Assembly: GCA_044220955.1 (NCBI GenBank)
Contig: JBGAQA010000027.1
Span: forward strand, 1 to 64,000
Origin: Sandaracinaceae bacterium
GTDB taxonomy: Bacteria > Myxococcota_A > Polyangia > Polyangiales > Sandaracinaceae
Reading direction: 5' to 3'
DNA length: 64,000 bases
A program made the position numbers and the translations under genes. The notes beneath the pieces are model-generated. The model searched no databases. It worked only from the letters and a program-made list of their open reading frames with translations, and was not told the origin of the DNA. Numbering within the stretch: position 1 is the stretch's first letter; every line of letters starts with the position of its first letter. Shown piece after piece: positions 59,699 to 64,000 of the stretch.

Positions 59699-61788
59699 CG
59701 CGTTCCCTCGGGCTCGCGCTGGCGTCGCTCGCGCTCTCGGCGGCGCTCGTGCATGCGCAGGGCGAGCCACCCCCGCCCTCGACGGACGTCCCCGACGACG
59801 CGCCGCCGCCGGACGAGACGCCGGGAGAGGACGCTCCACAGGACGACATCGTCATCGGCACGGGCGACTTCGATCCTTGCACGCTCATCGGCCCGGGCGA
59901 CGGCGAGGACTCGACGCCCGAGGAGTACCGAGCGTGGTGCAACGCCGATCAGGGCAACTACATCCGTGCCCGCGAGCTCGCCGAGGCGGTCGTGCGCGCG
60001 CGCCCGACCTCGTACGTCGGCAACTTCGTGCTCGGCTACGTGCACCACATGGGCGAGGCGAACGCGCCGCGCGCGCTCTTCTACCTGCGCATCGCGCTCC
60101 AGCAGTACACGCACGCTTGGGGCGATCCGCCGATGCCGAGCGGCCCGTGGCGCTGGCACGCGCGCATGCTGCAGGAGATGGCCTTCGTCGAGGGCGAGCT
60201 CGAGCACTACACCGAGCAGCTCGCGTGGATGGACCGCTACAACGAGCAGTACGACCCCGACATGGCCGCGGAGGCGGCGTGGCCGCTCATGAAGATGCGC
60301 CGCTTCGACGACGCGCGGCGCGTGGCGCAGGCGGCCCTCTCGGAGGGCTCGCCCTGGCAGGTCGAGGTGGCGCTCAACGCGCTCTGCGCGGTCGAGTTCG
60401 AGGCGGGCGACGAGCAGCGCAGCCACACCGCGTGTCGCGCGGCGCTCGACCTGCACGGCGCCGATCCGGATCGACAGAGCGCCGTCGACTTCACGAACTT
60501 CGCCGAGTCTTCGCGCTCGCTCTTCCAGCTCGATGAGGCCGAGGAGATCGGCCTGCAAGCGACGCGCGCGCAGGTCGCGTGGTTCGGCAATCCCTTCGTC
60601 GAGCTCGCGGAGCTCTACGTGCGCGAGGCGCGCTTCCCCGAGGCGCTGGACATGCTGCACCAGGTCCACCCGTACCGGCTGCGACGGCCGCCGCACGTGC
60701 AGGACGCCGATCGCAACGAGGCGCGGCGCGCGCTCAGCGAGTTCTTCGTCGTGGTCGGCCGTGGTGAGGAGGCGGTGCGCATCACCAGCAAGGCCGTGAA
60801 CGCGCCGGATCGACGCTCGCACAACAGCCGTGATGCCGCGCAGGATCTCGCGGTCGCGGCGATCCTCGATCGCGTGGCGCGCCGCATCCACGCCGACGAG
60901 ATCGAGCGGGCGGCGCTGGGCGAGCCCTTCTTCGAGCGCGTGATCGCCAGCGGGCAGGCGGCGCTCGAGCGCTGGGAGGCGTGGACGAGCGGACGGCAGG
61001 CGGCGCGGGCGCTCTCCGACACGAACCGGCTCGTCGGCATCTTCCAGATCGGCCGCGCGCGCAGCGGGATCCTGCCGCCCTGGCTCGCGGGCGAGCTCGC
61101 GTCGGTGCTCGGTGCGGGCGTCACGATCGAGGCGATCCGGCGGGCGCGCGCCGAGGATCCGAGGGCAGGCGCGGGCGCGTACTACGACGCCTTCGAGGCC
61201 GAGGCGGAGCTCGAGGCGGGCGATGCCGCGCGCGCGTACGAGCTGGCCCGCCGCGCGCACGACGCGCTCGCGCCGGCGGAGGCGCTCCTGCGCGCGAGGA
61301 CCAGCGCGATCGCAGCCGAGGCGGCGATGCGCGAGGGACGCGAGACGGACGCGCTCGCCGCGTACGACGAGGCCTTCCAGATCGATCCGGGGATCTGGGT
61401 GCGCATGGATCTCACCGTGCCCGTGCGCGTCGTCTCGCGCGGCGGCGCCATCGCGGCCGAGACTGCGGACCTGCTCGCCGGCAGCGCGCGCTTCGACGTC
61501 GCAGACATCGGCCTCACGATCGACGTCGAGGCCTCGAGCGCACACGGCCGCGCGTGCCTCACGAGCAGCACGGGTGCCGTGCTCGGCTGCGGCGAGCTCG
61601 ACCCCGAGACGGACGAGACGAGCGACGCGTTCGCGGCGCGCCTGGCCCGGGCGCTGATCGAGACCGCGTTCGCCCCGCGCATCGACATGAGTCAGACGGA
61701 CGCCGCCGGCCTCGACGGCAGCAACGTCACGGCCCAGGGCGGCCTCCGCACCCTGCTCGACCAGGGCGCCGCCCTCGACGAGCCCTAG
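59692..61788 (+). CDS. Exported TPR-like helical repeat protein
   Basis: Signal (V)RARSLGLALASLALSAALVHA-Q; acidic Pro-rich linker; TPR-like helices (..ALAAYDEAFQIDP). Confidence 0.75.
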   Translation: MRARSLGLALASLALSAALVHAQGEPPPPSTDVPDDAPPPDETPGEDAPQDDIVIGTGDFDPCTLIGPGDGEDSTPEEYRAWCNADQGNYIRARELAEAVVRARPTSYVGNFVLGYVHHMGEANAPRALFYLRIALQQYTHAWGDPPMPSGPWRWHARMLQEMAFVEGELEHYTEQLAWMDRYNEQYDPDMAAEAAWPLMKMRRFDDARRVAQAALSEGSPWQVEVALNALCAVEFEAGDEQRSHTACRAALDLHGADPDRQSAVDFTNFAESSRSLFQLDEAEEIGLQATRAQVAWFGNPFVELAELYVREARFPEALDMLHQVHPYRLRRPPHVQDADRNEARRALSEFFVVVGRGEEAVRITSKAVNAPDRRSHNSRDAAQDLAVAAILDRVARRIHADEIERAALGEPFFERVIASGQAALERWEAWTSGRQAARALSDTNRLVGIFQIGRARSGILPPWLAGELASVLGAGVTIEAIRRARAEDPRAGAGAYYDAFEAEAELEAGDAARAYELARRAHDALAPAEALLRARTSAIAAEAAMREGRETDALAAYDEAFQIDPGIWVRMDLTVPVRVVSRGGAIAAETADLLAGSARFDVADIGLTIDVEASSAHGRACLTSSTGAVLGCGELDPETDETSDAFAARLARALIETAFAPRIDMSQTDAAGLDGSNVTAQGGLRTLLDQGAALDEP

Positions 61789-61801
61789 CTCGACCGCGCC
61801 T

Positions 61802-61946
61802 GGGGTCACTCCACACCCATCCAACCTCGCGAAATCACGCCGGACTGGCGGCAAGATGCGCTGTACACAATTCGCGAAAGTGTTCAGCGCATCTTGCCGC
61901 AGGATCGGAGTGAATTCAGGTCGTTACCTGGGTGTGGAGTGACCCC
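61802..61946. mobile_element. 145-bp palindromic element (MITE/REPIN-like, or structured RNA)
   Basis: Perfect 18-bp terminal inverted repeat GGGGTCACTCCACACCCA; perfect inner 16-bp inverted repeat at 61848-61863/61885-61900; lower GC than the flanks. The structure is certain, its class is not. Confidence 0.55.
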
Positions 61947-61962
61947 GCTCAGCGGTCCCCGC

Positions 61963-62688
61963 TCAGCCGAGGTTGTGGAAGACCTTCTGGACGTCGTCGT
62001 CCTGCTCGAGGGCGGAGACGAGCTCCATGACCTCCTTCACCTTCGCGTCGTCGTCGAGCGTGGTGAGCGTCTGGGCGACGTACTCGCTCTCGGCGGAGAG
62101 GACCTCGATCCCGCGGCGCTCGAGCTCGGCCTGCACGCGGCCGAAGTCCTTCAGCGCGCAGCGGATGAGCAGCTGAGGCTCGCCCTTGTCCCCCGTGGTC
62201 TCGCCCATCTGCTCGAGGCCGTGGTCGATGAGGTCCAGCTCGAGCGCCTCCGCGTCGATTCCCTCGGGCGAGAGCCGGAACACACCCATGTGCTCGAACA
62301 TGAACGCGACGCTGCCCGTCTGCCCGAACGAGCCGCCCCAGTCCTTCATGATCGCGCGGACGTTCGCGACCGTGCGTTGCGGGTTGTCGGTCGCCGTCTC
62401 GATCACCAGGGCGATCCCGTGCGGCGCGTAGCCCTCGTACACGACCGTCTCGAACGTGCGCCCGTCCGTGCCGGCGGCCTTCTTGATCGCGTTCTCGATC
62501 TTCTCGCGCGGCATGTTCGCCGCCCGCGCATTCGCGATGGCTCGGCGGAGCGCCGGGTTGCTGTTCGGATCGGTGCTGCCCGAGCGCATCGCCATCGCGA
62601 TCTCGCGCCCCGCGCGCGTGAACGCCTTGGCCATGCGGTCCCAGCGCGCGAACATCGTCGTCTTCCGCTTCTCGAAGATCCGGCCCAT
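61963..62688 (-). CDS. yebC: YebC/PmpR family protein
   Basis: NPALRRAI..A...[18 protein letters not shown] and [13 protein letters not shown] motifs. Confidence 0.96.
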   Translation of the reverse strand: MGRIFEKRKTTMFARWDRMAKAFTRAGREIAMAMRSGSTDPNSNPALRRAIANARAANMPREKIENAIKKAAGTDGRTFETVVYEGYAPHGIALVIETATDNPQRTVANVRAIMKDWGGSFGQTGSVAFMFEHMGVFRLSPEGIDAEALELDLIDHGLEQMGETTGDKGEPQLLIRCALKDFGRVQAELERRGIEVLSAESEYVAQTLTTLDDDAKVKEVMELVSALEQDDDVQKVFHNLG

Positions 62689-62746
62689 GACGCTCCGAAC
62701 CTACTACGGCGGCGGCGGTGGATCACGCGCAACGCGGGTCGTCGCG

Positions 62747-63754
62747 TCAGCAGCCGTCGTAGACGTAGCCGCTCGAGCCAGCAGGCACGAGGTTCAGGTC
62801 GCGCAGCACGATCGAGCTCGATGGGTACGCGCTGCACCCCGTCGCGAAGTCGCCGCGGCGATACTCGATCATCAGCACCTCGTCGTAGCCGCCGAGGTAC
62901 ACGTCGCACTCCGAGTAGCGGTTGCACTCCTCGGCGACGACGAAGTCCGTTCCCATCTCGGCGCGACGGCCGACGATCTCGCTCGCGTTCTTCTGGGCGA
63001 TCGCGAGGCCGGCCGCGTGGGCGCGGTCCGCGAACATCCGGACCATCCGCACGTTCTCGTCCTCGGTGACCAGACCCATCGAGCGCGAGTACGTATCGAG
63101 GTTGTCGATCTCGACGGCGTCGAAGCCGTCCGCCGCGCAGCCGTCGATCCACGGGCCGATCACCGCCATCACCTCGCCGCGCGTCGCCGGCGTGCGCGTG
63201 TCGAGCAGGATCTCGTTCCAGTCGGCGTCGATGACCGGATCGCCCGCCGCGTCGCGGAGGATGGCGCTCGGGTGATCGCGCATCCACATCGCCTGTTCGC
63301 CCGGCTGGATCTGGAAGCCGTTCACGTAGCAGATGTTGTAGAGCCCGCTCGCGGGCGCCTCGGTGCGATCACGCGAGACGATCGTGACGCCGGTCGGGGG
63401 CGCGTAGGCGCCGCCCAGCTGGTAGTCGAGCGGGCCGTTCGCGGGCGGCAGGACGAAGGCAGGGGGGGTGCCTGTGTCGGTCGTGCCGAACGCGTCGATG
63501 GCAGAGGCCGCGTCGTCGCCCGTCGCAGCGTCGTCGCCCGGGCCAGCGTCGTCGCCTGGGCCAGCGTCGTTGCCTGGGCCAGCGTCGTTGCCCGCGCCCG
63601 CGTCGGCTCGGCTCGCAGCGTCGTTGCCCGGCCCAGCGTCGGCACCGCCGCTCGGGGACGAGCAGCCCGAGAGCGAGAGCGAGAGTGAGAGTGAGAGCGA
63701 GAGTGAGAGCGAGAGTGAGAGCGAGAGCGAGAGTGAGAGCGAGAGCTTGCGCAT
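62747..63754 (-). CDS. Endo-alpha-1,4-polygalactosaminidase (GH114) lipoprotein
   Basis: DYQLGGAY, ICYVNGFQIQPGE, GFDAVEIDNLD, AQKN and AEEC..Y.EC motifs; lipobox LSGC. Confidence 0.88.
   Translation of the reverse strand: MRKLSLSLSLSLSLSLSLSLSLSLSLSLSGCSSPSGGADAGPGNDAASRADAGAGNDAGPGNDAGPGDDAGPGDDAATGDDAASAIDAFGTTDTGTPPAFVLPPANGPLDYQLGGAYAPPTGVTIVSRDRTEAPASGLYNICYVNGFQIQPGEQAMWMRDHPSAILRDAAGDPVIDADWNEILLDTRTPATRGEVMAVIGPWIDGCAADGFDAVEIDNLDTYSRSMGLVTEDENVRMVRMFADRAHAAGLAIAQKNASEIVGRRAEMGTDFVVAEECNRYSECDVYLGGYDEVLMIEYRRGDFATGCSAYPSSSIVLRDLNLVPAGSSGYVYDGC
63510..63640. repeat. Degenerate 18-bp tandem repeat encoding a (D/N)DAGPG linker
   Basis: About 7 units such as CCAGCGTCGT(C/T)GCC(T/C)GGG. 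Confidence 0.8.
63668..63745. repeat. 13 copies of hexamer (C/T)GAGAG encoding (Leu-Ser)13 in a signal peptide
   Basis: Directly visible; the protein reads MRK(LS)13GC. Confidence 0.95.
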
Positions 63755-64000
63755 CAGAGGCCTCCGACGAGCTGATCCATCGGCACGAGCAGCCGCGCCT
63801 GGTGCGGCGCGACCATCACGTCGAGCGTGCCGCCGCCCGACACCGTGAACGTGTCCCCTCCCAGCGCGTCGACGAGCATCGCCCCGGCCGGCGCGATCAC
63901 CGTCATCGTCGTCGTCCCGTCGGTCGTGTGCGCGGCGTGCCGCGACTGCGTGTTGATGACCGCGAGCGCGTAGTCACCCTCGGGCGTCGCGCGCTCGAAG
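63754..64000 (-). CDS. 3' end of a gene, alpha-amylase (GH13) C-terminal beta-domain-like
   Basis: My translation FERATPEGDYALAVINT..LVDALGG..GTLDVMVAPHQARLLVP..GL-TGA; the TGA overlaps the GH114 ATG (TGATG). Confidence 0.6.
   Translation of the reverse strand, partial: FERATPEGDYALAVINTQSRHAAHTTDGTTTMTVIAPAGAMLVDALGGDTFTVSGGGTLDVMVAPHQARLLVPMDQLVGGL

Noticed and set aside
61819..61929. Integron attC site (ATCCAAC ... GTTACCT)
   Set aside because: The left end fits RYYYAAC but the right does not fit GTTRRRY; pairing extends beyond these boxes; no integrase or cassette array is present.
61802..61946. 6S RNA or tRNA
   Set aside because: No cloverleaf; shorter than typical 6S and without a large central bubble. 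An Rfam search is needed to exclude it formally.

Overview
Very GC-rich, densely coding bacterial chromosome segment. Cys-rich and DAG-linker lipoproteins, a TPR-PEGA protein, FHA proteins and PrkA/YeaH suggest a myxobacterium, probably Polyangiales/Sandaracinus-like (inference). About 55 credible CDSs; most of the long ORFs in the supplied track are antisense or off-frame shadows. Housekeeping blocks: prkA, yeaH, partial complex I (nuoABCD-G-H-I), metB-like, rpoN-hpf-ptsN, DUF58-transglutaminase-MoxR, yebC. I found no tRNA, rRNA, CRISPR array, transposase or integrase. Best leads: (1) a translationally coupled class III aminotransferase-LuxE-LuxC operon without luciferase, a candidate acyl-to-aldehyde-to-amine pathway; (2) a 145-bp rod-like palindrome with perfect 18-bp terminal inverted repeats at 61802-61946; (3) N-termini encoded by hexanucleotide microsatellites at both window ends, (LS)13 and (PS/LS)n; (4) a signal-peptide uORF ending in RAP..LRPP upstream of a SulP-carbonic anhydrase/SulP pair; (5) at least ten genes that look leaderless; (6) a vapBC module with a visible promoter and operator where nuoJ would normally follow nuoI.
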